Notes under the pieces: model-generated | The model's database searches: none | The model's input: the letters and a program-made list of their open reading frames with translations, nothing else | Told to the model about the DNA's origin: nothing | Translations under genes and position numbers: made by a program | Assembly (NCBI GenBank): GCA_963708075.1 | Contig: OY970194.1 | Span: forward strand, 832,001-896,000 | Direction: 5' to 3' | DNA length: 64,000 bases | Source of the DNA: Sedimentisphaerales bacterium | Lineage (GTDB): Bacteria > Planctomycetota > Phycisphaerae > Sedimentisphaerales > Anaerobacaceae | Part shown: piece after piece, positions 12,119 through 22,673 of the stretch | How positions within the stretch are numbered: the stretch's first letter is position 1 | Layout: the number at the start of each line of letters is the position of its first letter

Positions 12119-12967
12119 CTACCGGGCGATCTCCTTTTTCAGCCACTGGACGCTCTGCTCCATCTTGCCTGGGGCGGCCTCGCACTCGATGGACAGGACG
12201 CCGTTCCACCTGGTGTCTTTCAGCACCTCGATGCAGCCGGCGATGTTCTCGGCATTCACGCCCTCGCCGATGGCCACAACAGATGAGGCGATGCCCGTCT
12301 CTTCGCCCCGGACCGCCCTGGCCAGCGCCTCGCTGACGTCCTTGATGTGACAGTGGGAGAGCTTATCCCTGAATCGCTTGAGGAACTTGACAGGGTCCTG
12401 CCCGGCGATGAACGTGTTGCCCGTATCCAGGTTCATCCGCAGGTACGGGGAATCGGAGAGGCTTAGAATCTGCTCCATCGTGTCCGGATTGGTCGTATAG
12501 GGTCCGTGCGGCTCGACGTTGATGATGATGTCATATCTCTCGGCCCACTCCAGCACGACGCGGTAGTACTGCTTGATCATGGCCATTACCTCTTTGTCGC
12601 TGTACCCTTCGGGCTTGCGGGCGCCGTCCGTCGTGTCCACGCAGGGGCAGCCGACCGCCTTGGCGAACTGGATCGCCCGCAGTGTGTAGGCGACGCCGCG
12701 GTACTGGCCTTCCGGCGAAGAGATCGGAAACGCCGCATCGAGCTGCGACATCTTCAGACCCAGGGAATCGAGATACCGCTTCAGTTTGAGCGGGTCCGAA
12801 TGAAGCGGTATGTGCGGACTGTATCCGAGGGCCTGAATGAAGTAATCCCCATCGATCGTGCCGAATTCGACGTACTTGAGGCGGTGGTCCTTTGCGAACT
12901 GGCACGGGACTTCGTAGGAAGTATCAAGGTGCCGCCAGTTATCCACATGCATGCCCAGTCTCAACAT
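12119..12967 (-). CDS. Sugar phosphate isomerase/epimerase (xylose-isomerase-like TIM barrel)
   Basis: NVEPHG, NLDTGN, HCHIKD, LSIECE metal ligands. AAGGAG RBS before ATG 12967. Confidence 0.88.
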   Translation of the reverse strand: MLRLGMHVDNWRHLDTSYEVPCQFAKDHRLKYVEFGTIDGDYFIQALGYSPHIPLHSDPLKLKRYLDSLGLKMSQLDAAFPISSPEGQYRGVAYTLRAIQFAKAVGCPCVDTTDGARKPEGYSDKEVMAMIKQYYRVVLEWAERYDIIINVEPHGPYTTNPDTMEQILSLSDSPYLRMNLDTGNTFIAGQDPVKFLKRFRDKLSHCHIKDVSEALARAVRGEETGIASSVVAIGEGVNAENIAGCIEVLKDTRWNGVLSIECEAAPGKMEQSVQWLKKEIAR

Positions 12968-13011
12968 TGCATACTCCTTTCTCTCCAAGTATCAGTCATT
13001 GAGGTGAGTGA

Positions 13012-16000
13012 CTATCGCCGAGCCATTTGCCCGGTCTTCATCTCCGTACAGAGCACTTCCACGCCGCTGAGAGCGGGTGCGGGTCCATCGGAACGGATCA
13101 GCTCGATCTCCAGATTGCGGTCCACGCGTATCCCCGTGAATTCGAGGGGCGCGGCCTGGTCTGATTGGGCAGGGTCGCCGGCCTTGGCAACAATGGTACC
13201 CTGCAACTTGATATCGAACGGTAACTTGCCGGCCGCTGATTCCGCTGGCGTTGGGAAGTAGAGCCGGACGACATATTCACCCGGTCCGTCTGCCTCGCCA
13301 CGCAGCGGAATCACGCATCGTTTCACACCTTGGGCGAAAGAAGATGTCACGTGGATCTTATCAACCTCCGATGCGCTTCCATGAGAGATGTACTTGCCGC
13401 CGGGGAGGAATTCCACCTTCACATCAAGCGAGAAACCCATCGCGCTGCGGTCGGAGGGTAAGCCGGGGCGAGGGTACGCGAGCCAGAGCGTCCCTTTGGA
13501 GTCCCGCATGTCGCCGGGGGCGCCGAAATTGACCGCCAGATGCCGGACGGGTGTGCTGTCGCCGCCGGCGCTGTAGATTCCCCAGCGGACGTGGTCCTTT
13601 CGCGGCTCAAGAGCAAGCGAGCAGGTGATGGGAAACAGGCAGAGGCAGCCTGCGCTCGCCTCGGGAATGAGGGCCAGTCCATCGGCCGCGATGGCATTGA
13701 TCCAGCAGCCGGGCCTTTGCCCCGCGAAGTGGCGGATGCCGCTGTCGTCGAGGAGGTCGTAATAGGCGGTGAAGCCGGAGCGCATGAGAAGCATTTGCGG
13801 GCAGGCAGAGATCGCGCCGCAATGATGTCCCGGGCGGAGAAACTGCCAGGGAGTCTCAACGCCACTGACGGGGTTCGTACGGGTCCTCTGCTGGCCCGTC
13901 TTGAGATCGAACGCCCATGGCTCAGCGTAGATCGTGTCGCCGACAAGGACAGGCCGGTGGCGATAGTTGGCGTCTCGCGCCCACAGCCGCTCGCCCGTCC
14001 TGCCGGAAAGTGCCACCAGCCGGCGCTCGGAGAACTGGCCGGAAAGGAACTGCTTCCAGTAGTGCCCATTGGCGTTGGCTCCGCACAGGACCACGACGCC
14101 GTTGTGATACATGGCGGTCAGCTCGCCGCCTGCAACCGCGGTCCTGCTGCAATCGGTGACGTCGACCGGTATCTCCCAGAGCTTGCCGCCGGTTTTCGCA
14201 TCGAGAGCGACGGCCATGCGTGCGTCGAGCTTCTTCATAGCCTCTTCCGCCTGCCTGGCGTCGCCATCCTTGAGATTGGCCAGATGGGACTTGTCCTGCC
14301 GCAGGAGTTGCTCCCGCTGTCCGGGGGTGATGGTGCTATCCACAAAGAACAGCCAGCCATCGCCGAGCGCGATCGTCAGGTTGACGATGTTGCCTCCCTT
14401 GTATTGCCAAAGCAGATCGCCACTGTCGGCATCCGCAGCGAAGAGCATATTGGACACAGCCTGCTTCTGCATCGTGCTCCCGTAGAGAACGCCGTCGGCA
14501 TAGGCGAGGAAACCCCACCGGGTCGCTGCCTCGCCTGCGCCGGAAGGGATCGGATACGTGGCGCGGGTCTTGCCGGTCTCGGCATCGAGCCGCAGGCACT
14601 TGTCGGCAAGGGCGACGAAGAAGCTGTCGTCAGAGGCGGCCAGGTTCCCGCATTCGATCTGCTTGAGCCGGGTCCGCATCGCGCCGGGGATCTCGCGCTT
14701 CCACAACTGCACGCCATTATAGGAATCGTAGGCCATCACGACGTTCTCACCCTGGATGAACATCCGGCCGTTGACCGCCAGCGGGGCGGCGGCCGCATCG
14801 TGGCGGTTGACCATCGGCGCCGATCCGGGCTCGCCGAACCAGAGCAGCCCAAGCGATCCCGAGAGTACGCGATCGTCGCTGCAGGCTGTGTTGCCGGCGT
14901 CGGCGTACTGGTGTGTCCATCGGCCCGCGCCGGGCAACGGGCCTCGTCGCAAGGTCGCCCATAGACCGTTCGTTTCGCTGGTTCGGCAGCGGCCCAACTG
15001 CATCTCATCCAGCCAGCCGGCCAGCTTGTCGCGTGATAATGCTCCGGCTTTGCTGAGCCGGTCGGCCGGCACCCCCAGGCAGACCGTGCCGCCGCAGGGT
15101 TTCAGATGCCTTGCAAACTGGCCGGGTTCTCCGGGGATTTTGCCTGTGAGCACGAGAGTATCTGAGACGATGAGATTCGCGAAGTAGTTGGAGTACGGCA
15201 GGGGGGATAGCTCGCCATGATCGATTACGACTCTGTCGCCGTACAGGCCCGCCGCGTCGAGCGCCGCCCTCGCCGCTTGCACCTTGGATTGGTCCGGCTC
15301 GATGCCAATGATGTGCAGGTCCGTTCGTTTGGCCAGCTCGAAAGCCAGTCGGCCCTGTTCGGCCCCGAGCAGCAGGCAGTATCCCTTCGTCACGCCGGTC
15401 TCTATGACAATGGCTTCGGCGGCCGCACGATAGACAGGCGTCAGCTCATCTTGTGGATAAGGATCGGTAACCGGAGGCCGGCTGTGCCTGGCGATGCGAG
15501 CATCGTTGTCGCCCGCCTTTGCCGGAGCGAAGCAGTAGATTCGTCCCTTATCGGTGGTCACGTACAGGCAACCATCCGCGATAGCCAGCGAGCGAGCCTT
15601 GCCCTCCACTTGAGCCTTCCACGCCAATTCTCCGGTCTCCCGGTTGAAGGCGCAGACCTCGTTCTGTCCACCGGCCAGAACCAGGTTCTCACATACGATC
15701 AGCTCGGCGTCACAGGAGCTTGTCACCTGCCACTTGATCGTCGGCTCGACTTTCTCGCGGTTGTGCCGGGCCAGGTCCTCTGTCGCCTGCTCAAGGTTCT
15801 GTTGGATCGTCTTACGTGCATCCGGCGCCGCTGAAGCCAGTTGGGTCCGCAGCGTCTTGGTTTTGAATTCGAGCGAATTGCGGCGCCGGCTTGCCTCGGC
15901 GTACGCGGCCCGATCCATGGCACGGATTTCCCGGCCGGTCGCCATGTAGGACATGTTCCCGGAGACGGTGAGCCGACGGCCGGGGAACCACGCGAAGCCG

Positions 16001-16935
16001 GCCCTGCCGCTTTCCTGATCGAGCGCCAGCAGGTGTTCCTGCGTGCCCGTGAAGATCTGGTTGTCCGCGAGCAAGGCATAGGTCCCACCGACCACGCCGC
16101 CTGCCTCCTCGCCTCGCCACCCGTAGTCGCGGTCGAAGACCAGGTTGCCGGTGGATCGGTCGAAACCGACGGGCAGCGATTGGCCGGACGGCACGAACAA
16201 CCGCGTTGCTGTAGCGAGTAGATAGCCTTGCGGGGACAGATCATTTCGATAGGCCTCCCCCTCGCTGATCGTGCCATTTCTCCAAACAAGCGCGCCGTCG
16301 TCGGCGCGAACAGCCACGAGGTAAACATCCTCATGCGGGAATACGCCCGCCCCGAAGTAGACCGTTCCGTCGTCGACAAGCACGCCTGTGCGGATGGGCC
16401 AACGCGAGATCATCCTGCCGTTGCCGAGCAGTCGCTCGTCGGCCGGACCGCCTCGCACCTTCCACAGGAGTTGACCTGTCTCGGCATTCAGGCAATAAAC
16501 CATGCCGTCGTCTGAGCCGACGAATACACGGTCCTTCCAGATCATCGGGGCCAGGCGGATGGGGCCGCCCGTGCAGAAGGACCATGCCTCTGCGCCGGTG
16601 TCGGCGGACAAGGCGTAAACCTTATCAGCGATTGAGGAGCCGAAATAGAGTCGGCCGCCTGCGGCAACGACCTGGAAGGCATCATCGAAATCGACACGGT
16701 CGCGCATGAGGACACCCTCCCGCGGCCGCGTCGCGATTGCGGACCAGGCGGTCCTGGGCTCATGCGCTGAGATATGTTCCCACTGCGGCACGAGCGGCGT
16801 TTTCAGCGACTCGCCGGCGCATCCTGTACGCGCGATGTCGTGGCGGTAGGTGGGCCAGTCAGACGCAGCAGCAATTGCGGCCGTGAACAGCAAAACCAGT
16901 GCGGACCTCAAGGCAATTAGTTGATGCTTCGACAT
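13012..16935 (-). CDS. Large secreted PQQ-like beta-propeller protein with internal class I SAM-methyltransferase-like domain
   Basis: DWPTYRHDIARTG start, multiple 'ALDAxTGxxLW' blades, internal GYCLLLGAEQGRLAFELA...HLKPCGG, then RPGHHCG and RPGCWIN. Confidence 0.85.
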   Translation of the reverse strand: MSKHQLIALRSALVLLFTAAIAAASDWPTYRHDIARTGCAGESLKTPLVPQWEHISAHEPRTAWSAIATRPREGVLMRDRVDFDDAFQVVAAGGRLYFGSSIADKVYALSADTGAEAWSFCTGGPIRLAPMIWKDRVFVGSDDGMVYCLNAETGQLLWKVRGGPADERLLGNGRMISRWPIRTGVLVDDGTVYFGAGVFPHEDVYLVAVRADDGALVWRNGTISEGEAYRNDLSPQGYLLATATRLFVPSGQSLPVGFDRSTGNLVFDRDYGWRGEEAGGVVGGTYALLADNQIFTGTQEHLLALDQESGRAGFAWFPGRRLTVSGNMSYMATGREIRAMDRAAYAEASRRRNSLEFKTKTLRTQLASAAPDARKTIQQNLEQATEDLARHNREKVEPTIKWQVTSSCDAELIVCENLVLAGGQNEVCAFNRETGELAWKAQVEGKARSLAIADGCLYVTTDKGRIYCFAPAKAGDNDARIARHSRPPVTDPYPQDELTPVYRAAAEAIVIETGVTKGYCLLLGAEQGRLAFELAKRTDLHIIGIEPDQSKVQAARAALDAAGLYGDRVVIDHGELSPLPYSNYFANLIVSDTLVLTGKIPGEPGQFARHLKPCGGTVCLGVPADRLSKAGALSRDKLAGWLDEMQLGRCRTSETNGLWATLRRGPLPGAGRWTHQYADAGNTACSDDRVLSGSLGLLWFGEPGSAPMVNRHDAAAAPLAVNGRMFIQGENVVMAYDSYNGVQLWKREIPGAMRTRLKQIECGNLAASDDSFFVALADKCLRLDAETGKTRATYPIPSGAGEAATRWGFLAYADGVLYGSTMQKQAVSNMLFAADADSGDLLWQYKGGNIVNLTIALGDGWLFFVDSTITPGQREQLLRQDKSHLANLKDGDARQAEEAMKKLDARMAVALDAKTGGKLWEIPVDVTDCSRTAVAGGELTAMYHNGVVVLCGANANGHYWKQFLSGQFSERRLVALSGRTGERLWARDANYRHRPVLVGDTIYAEPWAFDLKTGQQRTRTNPVSGVETPWQFLRPGHHCGAISACPQMLLMRSGFTAYYDLLDDSGIRHFAGQRPGCWINAIAADGLALIPEASAGCLCLFPITCSLALEPRKDHVRWGIYSAGGDSTPVRHLAVNFGAPGDMRDSKGTLWLAYPRPGLPSDRSAMGFSLDVKVEFLPGGKYISHGSASEVDKIHVTSSFAQGVKRCVIPLRGEADGPGEYVVRLYFPTPAESAAGKLPFDIKLQGTIVAKAGDPAQSDQAAPLEFTGIRVDRNLEIELIRSDGPAPALSGVEVLCTEMKTGQMARR

Positions 16936-16947
16936 GCTTATCGCTCC

Positions 16948-18297
16948 TCAATCACTCCATAAAGCCGCCAACTGCTTGACGGTTTCATCGACAAGGACCT
17001 GGCCGCCCTTGGGCCCGACGACGTATTTGTCCGCGCTGTATCCGCCGCCTTTGACGGCTTTCTCTGTCGGCAGATAGCCGCAGCTCCCACAGGACAATTG
17101 GACCAGGAGGGTCAGAACCGCGGGACTGCGTGCCTTGATTCGCACGCCGTAGTCCAGGTACAGCTCGAACGGGTTCGTTGCTATGGCGATATCGCCGAGG
17201 CGCAGGACGTGGAATTCAATCGGGTCGATCGGATCGGTGGTGTAGAAAGGCATCACGGCAGGCTCCTGCGGCAGGCTGACCTTTGCGACCGTGTGCCTGA
17301 AGATCATGTTCGTCTGAATATCCTGCTTCGCGAGGGGCATTGTGCCTTCGACGGCATCCACGATCCGGCGGGCAATCTCCTGGCGGCTGGACAGCCCTCT
17401 TTTCTGCCGCATGAGCTCTTCCGCACGGGAGCGGTAGAGCAGATGCGGCGATACATCTCCCGCCGCCGCACATTGCGGCAGGATGAAAATGTCCCGTGAG
17501 AACCGCCGCCGGACCTCGGCTCGCACATCGTGCCAGAAGTCGGCAGAAATCTCACTCCGTCCCTCCGTCTCCTGGGCGGTGCAGGCGATGTTAATGATAA
17601 TCCCGACCGGCGCTTTGTCCTCATCCCAGAAGAAGAGCATCTCAACACCGTGATCCTCGTAACCTTCCGTGTTCGCGAAGTCCTCACGATTCGTGGCACC
17701 ATACATTATTGTCGAGCCATTGAAGTAGTGGGCCCGGCGATTCATGCCGACCACAGCGTGGCCGAGCGTCCAACTCATGCCGGAGGGCTTGCGATTGCGC
17801 CACGCATCCACGGCGACTTTGGCCACGCGACCGACGAAGAAATCTGCGTACTCAGATGCCTTCATGACACCTTCATCTTTGCTGACATCGTACAGGCTTC
17901 CGAAATCCTCGTCGGCAAACCCCGGGCCCGTATGCGTGTGCGTGGCGTTGAGGAACAGCTTCTCAACGTCAAGGTCGGGCAGTTGGGCCTTGACGGCCTG
18001 TCGAAGCCTGTCCTGAATCGGCTTGCGGACGTAGAGCAGGTCACAAGAAATGAGCAGGGCCTGCTCCCGTCGGCTGCTCTCTGCCTGCATTTCCAGGGCC
18101 AAAGCGGTGGCCGTCAGCGGATCTCGTACTTTCTGGGAGATCCGCTTATGCAACTGGCCGATCAGTGCCGCCGGCTTGTCCGGCGTGATATCCGTGGTTG
18201 CCCAGCCGGCGTACAGAACCGAGTCCTTCTGGTCCGGCGCAGCCTTGCACAGGAGCGGAAGGAGCAGGGCGGTGCAGGCTATGATGACCGATCTCAT
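16948..18297 (-). CDS. Secreted ceramidase-like hydrolase (hypothetical)
   Basis: Signal peptide, AGWATTDITP, NATHTHTGP, ISADFW, TNPFELY, GYLPT...GGYS. Confidence 0.75.
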   Translation of the reverse strand: MRSVIIACTALLLPLLCKAAPDQKDSVLYAGWATTDITPDKPAALIGQLHKRISQKVRDPLTATALALEMQAESSRREQALLISCDLLYVRKPIQDRLRQAVKAQLPDLDVEKLFLNATHTHTGPGFADEDFGSLYDVSKDEGVMKASEYADFFVGRVAKVAVDAWRNRKPSGMSWTLGHAVVGMNRRAHYFNGSTIMYGATNREDFANTEGYEDHGVEMLFFWDEDKAPVGIIINIACTAQETEGRSEISADFWHDVRAEVRRRFSRDIFILPQCAAAGDVSPHLLYRSRAEELMRQKRGLSSRQEIARRIVDAVEGTMPLAKQDIQTNMIFRHTVAKVSLPQEPAVMPFYTTDPIDPIEFHVLRLGDIAIATNPFELYLDYGVRIKARSPAVLTLLVQLSCGSCGYLPTEKAVKGGGYSADKYVVGPKGGQVLVDETVKQLAALWSD

Positions 18298-18324
18298 GCA
18301 TTTCTCCCCTGAGATAAAGAGCCG

Positions 18325-19653
18325 TTACAGATGCCAGGGGCTGCGCATCGGGCGTGACAGCATCCGGCTGGCCTGCGGGTCGTTCACGAAATCTTCCTTC
18401 TGCGGGTCCCACTGCAATTTACGACCCAGCCTTGTGCAGATGTCCGTCAGATGGCAGATCGTGTCCGTGCGAACGGCGACGTCGATGGGACAGATCGTCG
18501 CAGCTCGCGTCTTGACCGCATCAAGGAAGTTCCGCTGGTGGCCCTTGCTTTCCGGCAGGTGAATCTCATCCCGGCCGATCATCGAGGTCAGAAGCGATTG
18601 TGGTTCGGCCCAGATCCCCTGGCGCGTGACGTGCACCCATCCCTCTGTCCCCTGGAAGGTCACGCCATGCTTGGACTGGGCCTCATCCATGTAGACCATC
18701 GTCACGCCGTCAGCGTACCTGTGGTTGACCTTCCAACTGGTGGCGCAGTTGGCCAGTCCATCTTTCGGGAATACGGCGGTCCCTTCGATTTCCACCGGGC
18801 CGGTGTTGTCGGTGCCGTGACCCCATTGGGCGATATCCACGTGGTGTACGCCCCAGTAGCCGCCGATACCGCCGAGGCAGTAGTCGGAGATGTGGTACCA
18901 GATTGAGTAGCTTTCCTCCTTCGTCCACGGCCGGCAACGCTGGTAGGTGTACGGGGCCCACGGTGCCGGGCCGAGCCACATATCGTAGTCGAGACCCTCC
19001 GGCACCGGCTGCACGGGCTGATTCGGCACGGCGAAATCGTAGGGTACGGCCACGAGGATCGTATGCAGCTTTCCGAGCCGGCCGTTGCGAGCCAGCTCAC
19101 AGGCGAAACGGAAGTTCCGGTCTGAGCGCTGCTGTGTGCCCCACTGGAAGACGGTCCCATACTTGTGGCACGCGCCACGGAGGGCCTTGTCCCAGGCGAC
19201 GCTCAGGCCCAGAGCTTTCTCCGTGTACATGTCCTTGCCACTGCGGGCGGCCTCCAGGGAGATGGGGACGTGCCAGTGGTCCGGCGTGGCGATGCACACG
19301 GCGTCGATGTCCGTGCGCCCGCAGATGTCGCGGAAGTCGTTGTACGTGACGCAGTCGCTGTTGCTGTAGTGTTGATCGACGATGCCCTTGGCCTTCTGGC
19401 GTTGACTCTCGCGGACATCGCAGACGGCGACGATCCGGGCATCATTGTGATTGAGAAACGCCCGCATCAGGTCGGTCCCCTGAATCCCCAGGCCGATAGA
19501 GGCCATGACGATCCGCTCGCTCGGCGCGACACTTCCGGCCTTGCCCAGAGCTGACGATGGGACCACATATGGGAATGCGACAAATCCTGCGGCGGCGGCC
19601 GCACTCTTGAGAAACTGGCGACGCGTGCTTGCCATACCCTGTGACATATGCAT
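18325..19653 (-). CDS. Tat-exported Gfo/Idh/MocA oxidoreductase
   Basis: STRRQFLK Tat motif, IATPDHWH, QWGTQQRS, WLGPAP, C-terminal RSPWHL. Confidence 0.92.
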   Translation of the reverse strand: MHMSQGMASTRRQFLKSAAAAAGFVAFPYVVPSSALGKAGSVAPSERIVMASIGLGIQGTDLMRAFLNHNDARIVAVCDVRESQRQKAKGIVDQHYSNSDCVTYNDFRDICGRTDIDAVCIATPDHWHVPISLEAARSGKDMYTEKALGLSVAWDKALRGACHKYGTVFQWGTQQRSDRNFRFACELARNGRLGKLHTILVAVPYDFAVPNQPVQPVPEGLDYDMWLGPAPWAPYTYQRCRPWTKEESYSIWYHISDYCLGGIGGYWGVHHVDIAQWGHGTDNTGPVEIEGTAVFPKDGLANCATSWKVNHRYADGVTMVYMDEAQSKHGVTFQGTEGWVHVTRQGIWAEPQSLLTSMIGRDEIHLPESKGHQRNFLDAVKTRAATICPIDVAVRTDTICHLTDICTRLGRKLQWDPQKEDFVNDPQASRMLSRPMRSPWHL

Positions 19654-19739
19654 GTCTCCTGATTGACTCTCAGCTCAACCATCACAGGATACCACACTGG
19701 ACGCCACAAGGCAAACATGCATGCCCAAACCGACGAATC

Positions 19740-19767
19740 TTGACCGGCGTGCCCAGCGCGGTATTAT
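19740..19767 (+). promoter_or_regulatory. Putative sigma70 promoter
   Basis: TTGACC-N16-TATTAT upstream of ATG 19799. Confidence 0.45.
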
Positions 19768-19798
19768 GATGCACGGATGTACAGGAAAGGATGTCCCG

Positions 19799-21724
19799 AT
19801 GCCTGCCTATCGATGTTATCGTGGGATCGCTTTGCTTGTCCTTGCTCTAGTGGTTGCTCGGCCGGTGACCGCCGTGGTCACTTGCGTTCGCGTGACGAGC
19901 GAGCACACGGCCGACACGACCGATCTGCAGCGGTTTCGGCAATTCGGCCAGTGGAAGGACAAGACCGGCAACGAGCTGGCCGTTGCGGTCTGGAAGTACC
20001 TGAGCGACTATGAAACCGGCCTGTACCACTTCAACGAGGTCCTCGACGGCAGCGATTCGTTCGATGAGTATGCCACCGTTCGCGATCCGCTGAAGATCCT
20101 CAACGTCTACAACATGGCTTATTGCGGGATCTTCGGCCCCGTCCTGGACGGCATATTCCACGGCGTGGGCTTTGAGCAGGGCCGGGCATTCGGACTGGAG
20201 CGATGGAATCATTGTGCGACTGAAGTGTGGTACGACGGTGGTTGGCACTACCTCGACGTGGATGTTCGCGGCGTACTGCTTGGCAGCGATGGGACTGTCG
20301 CCAGCCTGCAGCAGGCCCAGCAGGACCGGAATCTATGGGTGGCGCCGGCGAAACCCATTGACCCCTTTTTTCCGAAGGACGAGGACAAGGCCAAGCTTTT
20401 CGACATCTATCATGATAGCCATGTGGATTACTACTACCGCTGGTTCCAGGGTAGCCACACGATGGACTTTTATCTGCGCCAGGGCGAGTCGTTCACCCGC
20501 TGGTGGACGCCGCAGGGCGGACGCTGGCATCATCTGCCTCGCTACAGTCAGACGAAGTGGGTGCGGGAGCTGATCTCGACCCCGCCCATTGGAATGAAGC
20601 CAAATCATCGTGACTTCACTCGCTGGAATCACGGGAACGGGCTATTCCACTATGCCCCCAGGCTGTCGCGCAACTCGACTGATTTCCAGGATGGGGCTTA
20701 CGCTGTGCGGAATCTGGCTCCGGGGGAAGGGGGACTGCATCTTATCAAGGCGGGCGATGCGGAGGTCGTGTTTGAGGTCTTCACACCCTATATTATCGTG
20801 GCAAAGATCAATGACCTCGACGATCCCAACGATGATGCCGAGGCTTCGGTCGTAACGGTAGATGCGGCTGTGCCTCTTGATCTCTCGCTGTCGCTGGATC
20901 ACGGTTTGACGTGGCAGCAGGGAGGTAAGGTCCAAGGTGGCAGGAATGTGGTCGATTTGACTCGACTGGTCAGAGGGACCTACGGCTACCTCCTGAGATT
21001 ATCTGCGGCTGGGAGCGAGGGACAAGCAGCGGTCAATTCCCTGTGCATTGACACGTGGGTGCAGGTCGCGCCGATCAGCCTTCCCCGTTTGAAGAAGGGC
21101 GAGAACCACCTGCGATGTGACGTCGGGGATCGGTATGGCTTGAAGACTATTCCCATGCTGGTGAACCCGGATACCTCGAATCCCAGGGACTTGGAGAAGT
21201 ACCTTGTGGCAATGCCCGGCGATTATGACCCCCGGCGGGACACGTGCCGCATACGAGGCGAGGCGATTCTGCGTCTTACAGCTCCTGCCGGGCTGAAGAT
21301 TGGCTGGCTCAGCGTCGGTGCAACGTTCCGCACGGACCAGGGCGAGCAGGCCGCCAAGACGAACAACCGCATCGCCTACGCTATCGGCGAGCCGCGGGAC
21401 TTCAAGGAGGTTTACCGTTCCTCGGTGCCGACTTGGGTGAACCACTGGCGATACAACTGGGACACGGACATAAGACTGGATCAGCCTGCGGAGGTGGTCT
21501 ACGTGCGGTTCTACGGCGATCCTGGACTGAATACCATGCGGGCGTGTCTTCACCTGCTGCCGAAAGAGCCCCCGACCACACGTTTACAGGTCACACACGA
21601 ATATTCGATGGATGGACGGGCTTATCGCAGCACACAAGACCTGGCCGAACCGGCGGCCTACACGGTCAACTGTGACGGCGATCCGGAGAACATCTCCATT
21701 ACGATTGCCGTTCCCTCGAACTGA
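19799..21724 (+). CDS. Secreted hypothetical protein with transglutaminase-like Cys-His-Asp core
   Basis: Signal peptide. AYCG...NHCATEVWYDGGWHYLDVD. GGAAAGG RBS. Confidence 0.7.
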   Translation: MPAYRCYRGIALLVLALVVARPVTAVVTCVRVTSEHTADTTDLQRFRQFGQWKDKTGNELAVAVWKYLSDYETGLYHFNEVLDGSDSFDEYATVRDPLKILNVYNMAYCGIFGPVLDGIFHGVGFEQGRAFGLERWNHCATEVWYDGGWHYLDVDVRGVLLGSDGTVASLQQAQQDRNLWVAPAKPIDPFFPKDEDKAKLFDIYHDSHVDYYYRWFQGSHTMDFYLRQGESFTRWWTPQGGRWHHLPRYSQTKWVRELISTPPIGMKPNHRDFTRWNHGNGLFHYAPRLSRNSTDFQDGAYAVRNLAPGEGGLHLIKAGDAEVVFEVFTPYIIVAKINDLDDPNDDAEASVVTVDAAVPLDLSLSLDHGLTWQQGGKVQGGRNVVDLTRLVRGTYGYLLRLSAAGSEGQAAVNSLCIDTWVQVAPISLPRLKKGENHLRCDVGDRYGLKTIPMLVNPDTSNPRDLEKYLVAMPGDYDPRRDTCRIRGEAILRLTAPAGLKIGWLSVGATFRTDQGEQAAKTNNRIAYAIGEPRDFKEVYRSSVPTWVNHWRYNWDTDIRLDQPAEVVYVRFYGDPGLNTMRACLHLLPKEPPTTRLQVTHEYSMDGRAYRSTQDLAEPAAYTVNCDGDPENISITIAVPSN

Positions 21725-21731
21725 CGACCGG

Positions 21732-22376
21732 TCACTGGGCGGAATTTGCAGCAGCCACGGGAGCCTGTTCCTCTGCCTCCGGGGCCTTCGTGGGACCATT
21801 CCATACCCGCAGCTCAGTGATCTCGACCTCGGCGTGCAGACCCTCGGCGGAGTCATCGCCGGACATGCAGGGCTTGATGAAGTACCTGTGAGAACCGGGC
21901 ATGATCGGTCCGCGCAATCCGCCATCTGTCGCCACCGGCGTTGCCGCCCATTCCTGCGTTTCGCACACAAGCTGCCCATTCTCATCGAGGAGGATGATGC
22001 GGAGCGAAAGCAGGGACACGACTTCCTGACCATTGTTGGTAATTTCAATTGCCGTGCGGGTCAGCCCATGCCGCCCCGGCTGCGGCGACACCTTCGTCGT
22101 GATCGCCAGCTTGCCGGCGTAGTCCGGCTGGCGATGATCGTCCAGCATATCCGACAGCACCGGCGGCAAGGACTCTGCCAGGTCCGGCAGTCCCCGGACG
22201 GCGCTCTGCGCCAGTGTCACGAGCCGCTCCGACTTCTCGCCCGCCAGGTGCACGGTGTACAGCAGCACTGCTGTGCAGCACAGGGTGATCGTGATGATCA
22301 CCGCACTGAATCCCATGGCGACGCTCGACAGAAACGTGTGTTTCCGGTACGTGATGTGTGGAACCTGGCCCGTCAT
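21732..22376 (-). CDS. Membrane-anchored hypothetical protein (one TM helix plus FxLYD-like beta domain)
   Basis: AGGAG RBS then ATG 22376. Hydrophobic segment followed by 'IEITNNG...IILLDENGQLV'. The longer 694-aa call runs antisense over another gene. Confidence 0.7.
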   Translation of the reverse strand: MTGQVPHITYRKHTFLSSVAMGFSAVIITITLCCTAVLLYTVHLAGEKSERLVTLAQSAVRGLPDLAESLPPVLSDMLDDHRQPDYAGKLAITTKVSPQPGRHGLTRTAIEITNNGQEVVSLLSLRIILLDENGQLVCETQEWAATPVATDGGLRGPIMPGSHRYFIKPCMSGDDSAEGLHAEVEITELRVWNGPTKAPEAEEQAPVAAANSAQ

Positions 22377-22468
22377 AAGAACTCTCCTGAAAGCAGTTGT
22401 CCAATCCAGGGTTTCAGTCGGGTCAGACCCGCAAATATTTCCGGGAATCTGCGTATTTCTCCGGCAGG

Positions 22469-22552
22469 GGGTGGCAGCGTCAAGCGCAGCTTGGCGATGG
22501 CCTTGCTGCGATGCAACCATCGCCAAGGCCTCCGGCCTTGACGATGCCACCC
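22469..22552. repeat. Dispersed hairpin element, copy 1 (GGGTGGCAGC...GCCACCC)
   Basis: Nested inverted repeats. Similar to copies at 25810 and 36066. Confidence 0.85.
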
Positions 22553-22673
22553 AGATGAGTCCGGGTTTGGCTTGCATCATAGGGGTGTCGCCGCCATAAT
22601 GGGCACGTTTGCAGTGCGGCCTTGGGCCGGACTGTATGGTCACGACCTGTTCAGAGAAGGAAAGGGGTGCCTG

